From: Squalus acanthias | Taxonomy: Eukaryota | Direction of reading: 5' to 3' | Assembly (NCBI GenBank): GCA_030390025.1 | Contig: JASTWF010000355.1 | Span: 124,001-188,000 of the forward strand | DNA length: 64,000 nucleotides | In this document: piece after piece, positions 10,444 to 23,560 of the stretch | How positions within the stretch are numbered: the stretch's first letter is position 1 | Layout: each line of letters starts with the position of its first letter | Notes under the pieces: model-generated | Databases searched by the model: none | The model's input: only the letters and a program-made list of their open reading frames with translations | What the model was told of the DNA's origin: nothing | Program-made: the position numbers and the translations under genes

Positions 10444-13432
10444 CAGATCACAGCGTGGGAGGGAGGGGCTTCAACGTGTCACAGTGAGGGAGGGAGGGGA
10501 TTCACAGTGTCACAGTGAGGGAGGGAGGGGCTTCAACGTGTCACAGTGAGGGAGGGAGGGGATTCACAGTGTCACAGTGACGGATGGGATTCACAGTATC
10601 ACAGTGAGGGAGGGAGGGGATTCACAGTATCACAGTGAGGGAGGGAGGGGATTCACAGTGTCACAGTGAGGGAGGGGATTGACTGTCACAGTGAGGGAGG
10701 GAGGGTATTCACAGTGTCACAGTGAGGGAGGGGATTCACTGTCACAGTGAGGGAGGGAGGGTATTCACAGTGTCACAGTAAGGGAGGGAGGGGATTCACA
10801 GTGTCACAGGGAGGGAGGGAGGGGATTCACAGTGTCACAGTGAGGGAGGGAGGGTCTTCACAGTGTCTCAGTGAGGGAGGGAGGGGCTTCACAGTGTCAC
10901 AGTGAGGGAGGGAGCGGCTTCACAGTGTCTCAGTGAGGTAGGGAGGGGCTTCACAGTGTCACAGCGAGGGAGGGGATTCACAGTGTCACAGTGAGGGAGG
11001 GAGGGGATTCACAGTGTCACAGTGAGGGAGGGAGGGGCTTCACAGTGTCACAGGCAGGGAGGGATGGGATTTACAGTGTCACAGTGAAGGAGGGAGGGGA
11101 TTCACAGTGTCACAGTGAGGGAGGGAGGGTCTTCACAGTGTCTCAGTGAGGGAGGGAGGGGCTTCACAGTGTCACAGTGAGGGAGGGAGGGGCTTCACAG
11201 TGTCTCAGTGAGGGAGGGAGGGGCTTCACAGTGTCACAGCGAGGGAGGGGATTCACAGTGTCACAGTGAGGGAGGGAGGTGATTCACAGTGTCACTGTGA
11301 GGGAGGGAGGGGATTCACAGTGTCACAGTGAGGGAGGGGGGGAATCACAGTGTCACAGTGAGGGAGGGAGGGAAGTCACAGTGAGGGAGGGAGAGGATTC
11401 ACAGTGTCACAGTGAGGGAGGGAGGGGATTCACAGTGTCACAGTGAGGGAGGGAGGGGATTCACAGTGTCACAGTGAGGGAGGGAGGGGATTCACAGTGT
11501 CACAGTGAAGGAGGGAGGGGATTCACAGTGTCACTGTGAGGGAGGGAGGGGATTCACAGTGTCACAGTGAGGGAGGGGCTTCACAGTGTCACAGCGTCAC
11601 AGTGAGGGAGGGGATTCACAGTGTTACAGTGAGGGAGGGAGGGTATTCACAGTGTCACAGTGAGGGAGGGAGGGGATTCACAGTGTCACAGTGAGGGAGG
11701 GAGGGGATTCACAGTGTAACAGTGAGGGACGGAGCGGCTTCACAGTGTCACTGTGAGGGAGGGAGAGGATTCACAGTGTCACCGGGAGGGAGGGAGGGGA
11801 TTCACAGTGTCACAGTGAGGGATGGAGGGGATTCACAGCGTCACAGTGAGGGAGGGAGGGGATTCACAGTGAGGGAGGGAGGGGATTCACAGTGTCACAG
11901 TGAGGGAGGGAGGTGATTCACAGTGTCACAGTGAGGGAGGGAGGGGATTCACAGTGTCACATTGAGGGAGGCAGGGGATTGACCCTGTCACAGTGAGGGA
12001 GGGAGGGTATTCACAGTGTCACAGTGAGTGACAGAGGGGATTCACAGTGTCACAGTGAGGGAGGGAGGGGAATCACAGTGTCACAGTGAGGGGATTCACG
12101 GTGTCACAGTGAGGGAGGGAGGGGATTCACAGTGTCACAGTGAGGGTGGGAGGGGATTCACAGTGTCACAGTGAGGGACGGAGGGGCTTCACAGTGTAAC
12201 AGTGAGGGAGGGAGGGGATTCACAGTGTCACAGTGAGGGAGTGGGGGGGGCTTCACAGTGTCACAGTGAGGGAGGGAGGGGATTCACAGTGTCACTGAGG
12301 GAGGGAGGGGATTCACAGTGTCACAGTGAGGGAGGGAGGAGATTCACAGTGTCACAGTGAGGGAGGGAGGTGATTCACAGTGTCACATTGAGGCAGGGGG
12401 GATTCACAGTGTCACAGTGAGGGAGGGAGGTGATTCACAGTGTCACAGTGAGGGAGGGGGGAATTCACAGTGTCACAGTGAGGGAGGGGGGATTCACAGT
12501 GTCACAGTGAGGGAGGGGGGATTCACAGTGTCACAGTGAGGGAGGGAGGAGATTCACAGTGTCACAATGAAGGAGGGAGGGTATTCACAGTGTCACAGTG
12601 AGGGAGGGAGGGGATTCACAGTGTCACAGTGAGGGAGGGAGGGGATTCACAGAGTCACAGTGAGGGAGGGAGGGGCTTCACAGTGTCACAGTGTGGGAGG
12701 GAGGGGATGCACAGTGTCACAGTGAGGGAGGGAGGAGATTCACAGTGTCATAGTGAGGGAGGGAGGGGATTCACAGTGTCACAGTGAGGGTGGGAGGGGA
12801 TTCACAGTGTCACAGTGAGAGAGGCAGAGGATACACAGAGTCACAGTGAGGGAGGATGGGGCTTCACAGTGTCACAGTGTGGGAGGGAGGGGATTCACAG
12901 TGTCACAGTGAGGGAGGGAGGGGATTCACAGTGACACAGTGAGGGAGGGAGGGGATTCACAGTGTCACAGTGAGGGAGGGAGGGGATTCACAGTGTCACA
13001 GTGAGGGAGGGAGGGGATTCACAGTGTCACAGTGAGGGAGGGAGGGGATTCACAGTGTCACAGTGAGGGAGGGAGGGGATTCACAGTGTCACAGTGAGGG
13101 AGGGAGGGGATTCACAGTGTCACAGTGAGGGAGGGAGGGGATTCACAGTGTCACAGTGAGGGAGGGAGGGGATTCACAGTGTCACAGTGAGGGAGGGAGG
13201 GGATTCACAGTGTCACAGTGAGGGAGGGAGGGGATTCACAGTGTCACAGTGAGGGAGGGAGGGGATTCACAGTGTCACAGTGAGGGAGTGAGGGGATCCA
13301 CAGTGTCACAGTGAGGGAGGGAGGGGAATCACAGTGTCACAGTGAGGGAGGGAGGGGATTCACTGTGTCACAGTGAGGGAGGGAGGGGATTCACTGTGTC
13401 ACAGTGAGGGAGGGTGGGGATTCACAGTCTCA
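10444..13432 (+). repeat. G-rich minisatellite, 31-bp unit GAGGGAGGGAGGGGATTCACAGTGTCACAGT (~95 units)
   Basis: Direct periodicity; near-perfect units at 12900-13280. Confidence 0.97.
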
Positions 13433-13804
13433 GAGCTCCGGTTTGTAACACCGCAGAGAAAATGGCGCATTTCAGTCTGCATGAGTGAAATTGCGGAAGT
13501 CTCAGATCTAATGTTTTATCTCACAGGGAGGAAGTTAAAGTGTAACAGAACCGGTTAATAAATCAAGAAAAACGGAGGGGAGATTCCTGTCAGCACCAGC
13601 TCACAATACAGGGGCTGGGCCGGGGGTGGAGGGCGTGGTGGCTTCATCGGCAATTTAGACAGAAAAGGGCGCATTTCCGCCCAGAGCAGTAAAAATGGGG
13701 AAATCTCAGGCGGCCGGCATTTTTCTGTGATGAATATCTGAAAAATAAACACACAGCTCCGGAACGGAGCGTTTGGAGAGAGGAGGGATTTAGAATTATA
13801 GTAA

Positions 13805-16800
13805 CAGTGAGAACAGACAGTGAATAACCCGGGGAGGATGGGCTCAGTGAGATCAGACAGTGTGTAACCCGGGGAGGATGGGCCCAGTGAGATCAGACAG
13901 TGTTTAATCCGGGAAGGATGGACCCAGTGAGATCAGACAGTGTATAACCCGGGGAGGATGGGCCCAGTGAGATCAGACAGTGTGTAACCCGTGGAGGATG
14001 AGCCCAGTGAGATCAGACAGTGTGTAACCCGGGGAGGATGGGCCCAGTGAGATCAGACAGCGTGTAACCCGGGGAGGATGGACCCAGTGAGATCAGACAG
14101 TGTCTAACCCGGGGAGGATGGTCCCAGTGAGATCAGACAGTGTGTAACCCGGGGTGGATGGGCCCAGTGAGATCAGACAGTGTGTAACCCGGGGAGGATG
14201 GGCCCAGTGAGATCAGACAGTGTGTAACCCGGGGTGGATGGGCCCAGTGAGATCAGACAGTGTGTAACCCGGGGAGGATGGGCCCAGTGAGATCAGACAG
14301 TGTGTAACCCGGGGAGGATGGGCCCAGTGAGATCAGACAGTGTGTAACCCGGGGAGGATGGGCCCAGTGAGATCAGACAGTGTGTAACCCGGGGAGGATG
14401 GGACCTGTGAGATCAGAATATGTGTCATCCGGGGAGAATGGGCCCAGTGAGATCAGACAGTGTGTAACCCGGGGAGGATGGGCCCAGTAAGATCAGACAA
14501 TGTGTAACCCGGGGAGGATGGGCCCAGTGAGATCAGACAGTGTGTAACCCGGGGAGGATGGGCCCAGTGAGATCAGACAGTGTGTAACCCGGGGAGGATG
14601 GGCCCAGTGAGATCAGACAGTGTGTAACCCGGGGAGTATGGGTCCAGTGAGATCAGACAGTGTGTAACTCGGGGAGGATGGGCCCAGTGAGATCAGACAG
14701 TGTGTAACCCGGGGATGATGGGACCAGTGAGATCAGAAAGTGTGTCTCCGGGGAGGATGGGCCCAGTGAGATCAGACAGTGTGTAAACCGGGGAGGATGG
14801 GACCTGTGAGATCAGAAAGTGTGTCATCCGGGGAGAATGGGCCCAGTGAGATCAGACAGTGTGTAACCCGGGGAGGATGGGCCCAGTGAGATCAGACAGT
14901 GTGAAATCCGGAGAGGATGGGCCCAGTGAGATCAGACAGTGTGTAACCCGGGGAGGATGGGCCCAGTGAGATCAGACAGTGTGTAACCCGGGGATGATGG
15001 GACCAGTGAGATCAGAAAGTGTGCAACCCGGGGAGGTTGCGCGCAGTGAGATCAGAAAGTGTGTAACCCGGGGATGATGGGCCCAGTGAGATCAGAATGT
15101 CTGTAACCCGCAGAAGATGGGTCCAGTGAGATCAGAAAGTCTGTAACCAGGGGAGGATGGGCTCAGTGAGATCAGGCAGTGTGTAATCCGAAGAGGATGG
15201 GACCAGTGAGATCAGAATGTGTGTAACCCGGGGAGGATGGGCCCAGTGAGATCAGACAGGGTGTAACCCGAAGAGGATGGGCCCAGTGAGATCAGACAGT
15301 GTGTAACCCGGGGAGGATGGGCCCAGTGAGATCAGACAGTGTGTCACCCGGGGAGGATGGGACCAGTGAGATCAGACAGTGTGTAACCCGGGGAGGATGG
15401 GCCCAGTGAGATCAGACAGTGTGTAACCCGGGGAGGATGGGCCCAGTGTGATCAGACAGTGTGTAACCCGGGGAGGATGGGCCCAGTGAGATCATCAGTG
15501 TGTAACCCGGGGATGATGGGACCAGTGAGATCAGAAAGTGTGTCTCCGGAGAGGATGGGCCCAGTGAGATCAGACAGTGTGTAACACGGGCAGGATGGGC
15601 CCAGTGAGATCAGACAGTGTGTAACCTTTGGAGGATGGGCCCAGTGAGATCAGACAGTGTGTAACCCGGTGATGATTGGACCAGTGAGATCAGAAAGTGT
15701 GAAACCCGGGGAGGATGGGCCCAGTGAGATCAGGAAGTCTGTAACCAGGGGAGGATGGGCTCAGTGAGATCAGGCAGTGTGTAAACCGAAGAGGATGGGA
15801 CCAGTGAGATCAGAATGTGTGTAACCCGGGGAGGATGGGCCCAGTGAGATCAGACAGTGTAACCCGGTGAGGATGGGCCCAGTGAGATCAGACAGTGTGT
15901 AACCCGGGGAGGATGGGCCCAGTGAGATCAGACAGTGTGTAACCCGGGGAGGATGGGCCCAGTGAGATCAGACAGTGTGTAACCCGGGAGGATGGGCCCA
16001 GTGAGATCAGACAGTGTGTAACCCGGGGAGGATGGGCCCAGTGAGATCAGACAGTGTGTAACCCGGGAGGATGGGCCCAGTGAGATCAGACAGTGTGTAA
16101 CCCGGGGAGGATGGGCCCAGTGAGATCAGACAGTGTGTAACCCGGGAGGATGGGCCCAGTGAGATCAGACAGTGTGTAACCATGGGAGGATGGATCCAGT
16201 GAGATCAGACAGTGTGTAACCCGGGCAGGATGGGCCCAGTGAGATCAGACAGTGTGTAACCGGAGAGGATGGGCCCAGTGAGATCAGACAGTGTGTAACC
16301 CGGGGAGGATGGGCCCAGTGAGATCAGACAGTGTGTAACCCGGGGAGGATGGGCTCAGTGAGATCAGACAGTGTGTAACCGGGGAGGATGGGCCCAGTGA
16401 GATCAGACAGTGTGTAACCCGGGGAGGATTGGCCCAGTGAGATCAGACAGTGTGTAACCCGGGGAGGATGGGCCCAGTGAGATCAGACAGTGTGTAACCC
16501 GGGAGGATGGGCCCAGTGAGATCAGACAGTGTGTAACCGGGGAGGATGGGCCCAGTGAGATCAGAAAGTGTGTAACCCGGGGAGGATGGGCCCAGTGAGA
16601 TCAGACAGTGTGTAACCCGGGAGGATGGGCCCAGTGAGATCAGACAGTGTGTAACCCGGGAGGATGGGCCCAGTGAGATCAGACAGTGTGTAACCCGGGA
16701 GGATGGGCCCAGTGAGATCAGACAGTGTGTAACCCGGGAGGATGGGCCCAGTGAGATCAGACAGTGTGTAACCCGGGGAGGATGGGCCCAGTGAGATCAG

Positions 16801-19235
16801 ACAGTGTGTAACCCGGGGAGGATGGGCCCAGTGAGATCAGACAGTGTGTAACCCGGGGAGGATGGGCCCAGTGAGATCAGACAGTGTGTAACCCGGGGAG
16901 GATGGGCCCAGTGAGATCAGACAGTGTGTAACCCGGGGAGGATGGGCCCAGTGAGATCAGACAGTGTGTAACCCGGGGAGGATGGGCCCAGTGAGATCAG
17001 ACAGTGTTTAACCAGGGGAGGATGGGCCCAGTGAGATCAGACAGTGTGTAACACGGGGAGGATGGGCCCAGTGAGATCAGACAGTGTGTAACACGGGGAG
17101 GATGGGCCCAGTGAGATCAGAAAGTGTGTCTCCGGGGAGGATGGGCCCAGTGAGATCAGACAGTGTGTAAACCGGTGAGGATGGGACCAGTGAGATCAGA
17201 AAGTGTGTCATCCGGGGAAAATGGGCCAAGTGAGATCAGACAGTGTGTAACACGGGGAGGATGGGCCCAGTGAGATCAGACAGTGTGAAACCCGGAGAGG
17301 ATGGGCCCAGTGAGATCAGACAGTGTGTAACCCGGGGAGGATGGGCCCAGTGAGATCAGAAAGTGTGAAACCAGGGGAGGATGGGCTCAGTGAGATCAGA
17401 ATGTGTGTAACCCGGGGAGGATGGGCCCAGTGAGATCAGACAGTGCGTAACCAGGGGAGAATGGGCTCAGTGAGATCAGGCAGTGTGTAATCCGAAGAGG
17501 ATGGGACCAGTGAGATCAGAATGTGTGTAACCCGGGGAGGATGGGCCCAGTGAGATCAGACAGTGTGTAACCCGGGGAGGATGGGACCAGTGAGATCAGA
17601 AAGTGTGTAAACCGGGGAGAATGGGCCCAGTGAGATCAGACAGTGTGTAACCCGGGGAGGATGGGCCCAGTGAGATCAGACAGTGTGAAACCCGGAGAGG
17701 ATGGGCCCAGTGAGATCAGACAGTGTGAAACCCGGAGAGGATGGGCCCAGTGAGATCAGACAGAGTGTAACCTTTGGAGGATGGGCCCAGTGAGATCAGA
17801 CAGTGTGTAACCCGGGGAGGATGGGCCCAGTGAGATCAGAAAGTCTGTAACCAGGGGAGGATGGGCTCAGTGAGATCAGGCAGTGTGTAATCCGAAGAGG
17901 ATGGGACCAGTGAGATCAGAATGTGTGTAACCCGGGGAGGATGGGAACAGTGAGATCAGAATGTGTGTAACCCGGGGAGGATGGGAACTGTGAGATCAGA
18001 CAGTGTTTAACCCGGGGAGGATGGGCCCAGTGAGATCAGACAGTGTGTAACCCGGGAAAGATGTGCCCAGTGTGATCAGACAGTGTTTAACCCGGGGAGG
18101 ATGGGCCCAGTGAGATCTGACATTGTGTAACCCGGGGAGGATGGGCCCAGTGAGATCAGACAGTGTGTAACCAGGGGAGGATGGGCCCAGTAAGATCAGA
18201 CAGTGTGTAACCCGGGGAGGATTGGCTCATTGAGATCAGACAGTGTGTAACCCGAGTGGGATGGTCCCAGTGAGATCAGACAGTGTGTAACCCGTGGTGG
18301 ATGGGCCCAGTGAGATCAGACAGTGTAACCAGGGAGGATGGGCCCAGTGAGTTCAGACAGTGTGTAACCGGGGAGAATGTGCCCAGTGAGATCAGATAGT
18401 GTGTAACCCGGGGAGGATGGGCCCAGTGAGATCAGACTGTGTAACCAGGGAGGATGGGCCCAGTGAGATTAGACAGTGTGCAACCCGGGGAGGATGGGCC
18501 CAGTGAGATCAGACAGTTTTTAAACCGGGGAGGATGGGCCCAGTGAGATCAGACAGTGTTTAACCCGGGGAGGATGGGCCCAGTGAGATCAGACAGTGTG
18601 TAACCCAGGGAGGATGGACCCAGTGAGGTCAGACAGTGTGTAACCCGTGGAGAATGGGTCCAGTGAGATCAGACAGTGTGTAACCCGGGGAGGATGGGCC
18701 CAGTGAGATCAGACAGTGTGTAACCCAGGGAGGATGGACCCAGTGAGGTCAGACAGTGTGTAACCCGTGGAGGATGGGTCCAGTGAGATCAGACAGTGTG
18801 TAACCCGGGGAGGATGGGCCCAGTGAGATCAGACAGTGTGTAACCCGGGGAGGATGGGCCCAGTGTGATCAGACAGTGTGTAACACGGGGAGGATGGTCC
18901 CAGTGAGATTAGACAGTGTGTAACCCGGGGAGGATGGGCCCAGTGAGATCAGACAGTGTGTAACCCAGGGAGGATGGACCCAGTGAGGTGAGACAGTGTG
19001 TAACCCGTGGAGAATGGGTCCAGTGAGATCAGACAGTGTGTAACCCGGGGAGGATGGGCCCAGTGAGATCAGACAGTGTGTAACCCAGGGAGGATGAACC
19101 CAGTGAGGTCAGACAGTGTGTAACCCGTGGAGAATGGGCCCAGTGTGTTCAGACAGTGTGTGTTACTCGGGGAGGATGTGCCCAGTGAGATCAGACATTT
19201 TGTAACCCCGGGAAGGATGGCCCAGTGAGATCACA
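13805..19235 (+). repeat. Minisatellite, 40-bp unit GGGCCCAGTGAGATCAGACAGTGTGTAACCCGGGGAGGAT (~135 units)
   Basis: The pattern recurs every two 60-nt lines (3 units per 120 bp). Confidence 0.97.
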
Positions 19236-19426
19236 CTGCAACTGTTTATTTAAAGCACAGAAAGTAAATTGAACATTTGCGCCCAAAACTCTGGGGATAT
19301 TCAGGAAACCGGGCTCTGGATCTGAGGAAAGGGAAAAATCAACAAAATACTCGTCCTTGAAATTTAATACTGCATTACATTATTTCACGATTTCAATATT
19401 CTCATTTTCTCCTCTGCCATAATTAG

Positions 19427-19667
19427 ATCTTCCGGTGAATGACGGAGTGATTGAGGAAGGTCCACAGCAGGAAGTAAACAGAGATTGTAGACTGAGGAAC
19501 AACAGCATTTGAACCAGCACAGGACTTTGAGAACACCAACCAGAGAGAACCCTTCCGATTCCAAGAGCTTCCAGAGATCGACTGGTGAGAAAGGTCAGAG
19601 AAAGTCTTATTGACTCCGGTAAACACTGGTCCTGGAGACAGTACACAAAGTTTACAAAGTGAGGCAG
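19427..19667 (+). other. Probable 5'-UTR exon of the NLR gene
   Basis: Polypyrimidine tract with TAG acceptor (19424-19426) and CAG|GTATTG donor; purine-rich unique sequence; stops in all three frames. Confidence 0.5.
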
Positions 19668-20067
19668 GTATTGGTGAGAATGAGAGTGGGAGTGTCTGAA
19701 CACTGAGCACAATTATCCAGCATGTGGCTGTGCAATGGAATATGAAGTGAGATCAGTTTCTGTCTCTAAACACACATTCACAAGTAAATCTTGTGTATGT
19801 TTTTGAGTAAAGGGGTTTGATCAAAGAGATGACTCTGGGGTAGAGTCTGGGGCAGAGCCCAGCAGATGGACACGTGTCTGTTTGTTAGGTGGGGCTGAAC
19901 TCACACCGACACCATGAGATCTCAGTGTTTAAAATATTACAGTCTGGTGACAGATCAAGGGGAAAGATTGAACAGGGAAACTAATTAAAATCAATTCATT
20001 GAACGCGATTCAGAGACCAACCTATACCCTGTGACCAGCAGATATGGAGTATTGTCAGATAGTGATT

Positions 20068-22015
20068 ACATAAGAAGTAGGAGCAGGAGTTGGTCACACG
20101 GCCCCTTGAGCCTGTTCCGCCATTCAATAAGATCATGGCTGATCATCGACCTCAACTCCACACTCCCGCCCGATCTCCATATCCCTGGATTCCCCGAGAG
20201 TCCAAAAATCTATCTCTCAGCCTTGAATGCACTCAAAGACTCAGCATTCACAACCCCCTGGGGCAGAGAATTCCAAAGATTCACAACCCTCTGAGTGAAG
20301 AAATTCCTCCTCATCTCAGTCTTAAATGGCTTACCCCTTATCCTGAGACTATGCCCCCTAGTTCTAGAAACTCCAGCCAGGGGAAACATCCTCTCAGCAT
20401 CTACCCTGTCAATCCCTTCAGAATCTTGTATGTTTTAATGAGATCACCTCTCATTCTTCTAAACTCCAAAGAGGATAGGCCCATTCTACACAATCTCTCA
20501 TCCCAGGCATCAATTTAGTGAACCTTCGTTGCACCGCCTCCAAGGCAAGTGTATCCTTCCTTATATAAGGAGACCAAAACTGTGTACAGTACTCCAGGTG
20601 TGGTCTGACCAATACCCTGTACAATTGTAGGAAGACTTCCTTACTCTTATACTGCAAGCCCCTTGCAATAAAGGCCAACATGCCATTGCCTTCCTTATGC
20701 TTGTTGTACCTGCATGCTAGCTTTCTGTGTTTCTTGTACGAGGACACCCAAATCTCTCTGAACACCAACATTTGTAAGTTTCTCACCATTTAAAACGTAT
20801 TCTGTTTTTCTCTTCTTCCCCACATTTCCTTACATTATGCTGCATCTGGCAGCTTACTGCCCACTCAATTAGTCTATCGATATCCCTTTGCAGACTCTGT
20901 GTTCCCCTCACAGCTTACTGTCCCACCTAGATTCGTATCGTCAGCAAACTTGGATACATTACACTCGGTCCCTTCATCTAGGTCATTATTATAGATTGTA
21001 AAGAGCTGAGGCTCCAATACTGATCCACTAGTTACCCCTGCCAACTTGAAAACGATCCGTTTATCCCTACTCTATGTTTTCTGTCCGTTAAACAATCCTC
21101 TATCCATGCTGCTATATTACCCCCAACCCCATGAGCCCTAATCTTGTGTAATAACCTTTTATGTGGCACCTTATCGAATGCCTTTTGAAAATCCAAATAT
21201 ACTACATCCGCTGGTTCCACTTTATCTACCCTGCTAGTTACATCCTCAAAAAACTCTAACTTGTCAAACACGATTTCCCTTTCATAAAAACATGTTGACT
21301 TTGCCTAATCATGTTATGATTTTTAAGTGCCCTGATACATCTTCCTTAACAATGGATTCCAGCATTTTCCCGACGGCTGATGTCGGGCTAACTGGCCTGT
21401 AGTTTCCTGTTTTCTCTCTCCCTCCTTTTTGAATAGCGGTGTTAATGTTGCGACCTTCCAATCCGCTGGATCCGTTCTAGAATCTAGGGAGTTTTGGAAG
21501 ATCAAAACCAAATCAACCACTATCTCTTCAGCCACCTCTTTTAGAACCCTAGCATGTATGTCATTAGCTCCAGGGGATTTGTCGGCTTTTAGTCCCATTA
21601 GTTTCTCTAGTACTTTTTCTCTACTTATATTAAATACGTTAACTTTTTCAAACTTGATTCCGCACCATTTTTAGTATGCCTTTTGTGTCTTCTACTGTGA
21701 AGACAGGTACAAAGTATTTGTTTAAGATTTCTGCTATTTCGTTATTCCCCTTAATAATTTCTCCTGTCTCAGCCTCTGAGAGACCAACGTTTATTTTTAC
21801 TACTCTCTTCCTTTTTACATACTGGTAGAGGCTCTTACAATCTGCTTTTATATTTCTTGCAAGTTTTCTCTCATTCTATTCTTTCCCTTATCAATTTTTT
21901 GGTCAACCTTTGCTGGTTTCTGAAACTCTCCCAATCCTCAGACTTACTATTATTCTTTGCAACATTATAAGTTTCTTCTTTGAATCTAATGCTATCCTTA
22001 ACTTCTTTAGTTAGA
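20068..22015 (-). mobile_element. 5'-truncated CR1 LINE (RT and 3' end)
   Basis: ORFs with YLDFQKAFDKVPH, LVRPHLEYCTQFWSP and KSPG..DIHARVLKE; frameshifted. Confidence 0.93.
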
Positions 22016-22016
22016 G

Positions 22017-22290
22017 TGGGGGGTGGAGGCCTGGGCCAGTATGGGTGGGGGGCGGAGGCCTGGACAGTGTGGTTGGGTGCGGAGTGCTGGGGCGGAGGGG
22101 GCGGCGGGGGCCTGGGCCAGTGGAGGGGGCGTGTATCTGGGACAGTGAGGTGGCGGGGGGCTGGGCCAGTGGAAGAGCTGGGTATCTGTGCGAGTGAGGT
22201 GGTGGGGGCCCCAGCCAGTGAAGGGTGTGGGGGGGAGCTGAGCCAGTTGCGTGTGGTGGGGCGGAGGGGGGGCTGTGTCCGTGGAGGGAT
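22017..22290. repeat. G-rich low-complexity degenerate repeat
   Basis: Recurrent ctgggccagtg motif between G runs. Confidence 0.6.
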
Positions 22291-22809
22291 GGAGGAACAA
22301 CATCACTTGAATTGTACAGGATCGGTCAGAAGGTAAGTATAATATTGCTGAACCTCACTGCAAATAAAAGGTGCTGGGATGTGTGATAAATGCATGAGGG
22401 AGAAAGGAATATAAGGTTATGCTGATGGGGTTAGATGAAGAGCGCTGGCAGCAGGCTCGTGTGGACCATAAACACCGGCACAGACCACTTGGGCTGAATA
22501 GCTTGTTTCTCTGCTGTTAATTCCATGTAAAACAGGAAGTGACGATGCCGCATTTTCTGAGACAGTTTGGTGCAAAGAGAACATCAGAAGCTTTGCTCTT
22601 ATTCTGTAGCCTGCAACAAGCAAACTCCTCTGGTGGAACTGGGAGATTCCAGTCGCCCAGCCAGAGCGCTTGGAATATTCTGTAAAAGTGAAATGAGTTT
22701 AACTGTTTCTATAACATTGAATCACAAATAGGGTTTGTGTATTTCAGAGGAGAGGGTTTGATCAGAGACTCGTCCCGTTTGACACGTGGGTGAAGAGTTA
22801 GACAGGTGC

Positions 22810-23560
22810 ATCTCCATCTCCATTTTCCCTTTCCTCAATGTTTTGTCACCTCCCGAATTTCTGCCCATCTTTTTCACAGCCTCATGTTTGAATCTCTCCA
22901 ATCTGGTTTCTGCTCTTGCCACAGCACTGAGACTGTGACCGTGGTAAACTATCCCTCCTCATTCTTCTCGACCTCTGCCGTCTTTGACACGGTCGAGCAC
23001 AACATCCTCCAACGCCTCCCCCCGTTGTCCAGCTCAGTGGGACTGCCCTCCCTCCGTTGTCCAGCTCAGTGGGACTGCCCTCCCTCCGTTGTCCAGCTCA
23101 TTGGGACTGCCCTCCGTCCGTCGTCCAGCTCAGTGGGACTGTCCTCCCCTCCGTTGTCCAGCTCAGTGGGACTGTCCTCACTTGGTTCCACTTTTACCCA
23201 TCCAGTCGTTGCAAGAAAATCTCCATCAATGGCTTCTCTTCCCGCTCCCGCACTGTTCCCTCTGGAGTCACCCATGGGTCTATCCTCGCCCCCTCCTATT
23301 TCTCATCTACGTGCTGCCCCTTGGAGACAGCCGAAGGAAATGGCCAGCTTTTACATGTACCCTGACACCACTCTGCTCCACATCTCCACCAGCTCTCTCC
23401 AATCCTCCACTGACTCTGCTTCCTCACGCTGCTTGTCCGACATCCATCTGTGATGAGCTACACATTTCTCCAATTCAACATTGGGAAGACCACAGTCATG
23501 GCCTTCAGCCCCTGCCAGGAATTCTGTTCCCTCCCCGTCCCATTCAGTGTCTCAGATTTA
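22810..23560 (+). mobile_element. Degraded L2 LINE RT fragment containing a five-unit ~32-bp tandem repeat (23010-23180)
   Basis: QSGF..CHSTET, SAVFDTVEHNIL, SGVTHGSILAP and FLQFNIGKT motifs in shifting frames. Confidence 0.8.

Noticed and set aside
10444..19235. Regular 31-40 bp repeats resembling CRISPR arrays
   Set aside because: Head-to-tail units with no unique spacers, no cas genes, vertebrate context.
22300..22338. Strong donor AAG|GTAAGT after the G-rich tract
   Set aside because: No convincing upstream acceptor or frame; insufficient evidence for an exon.
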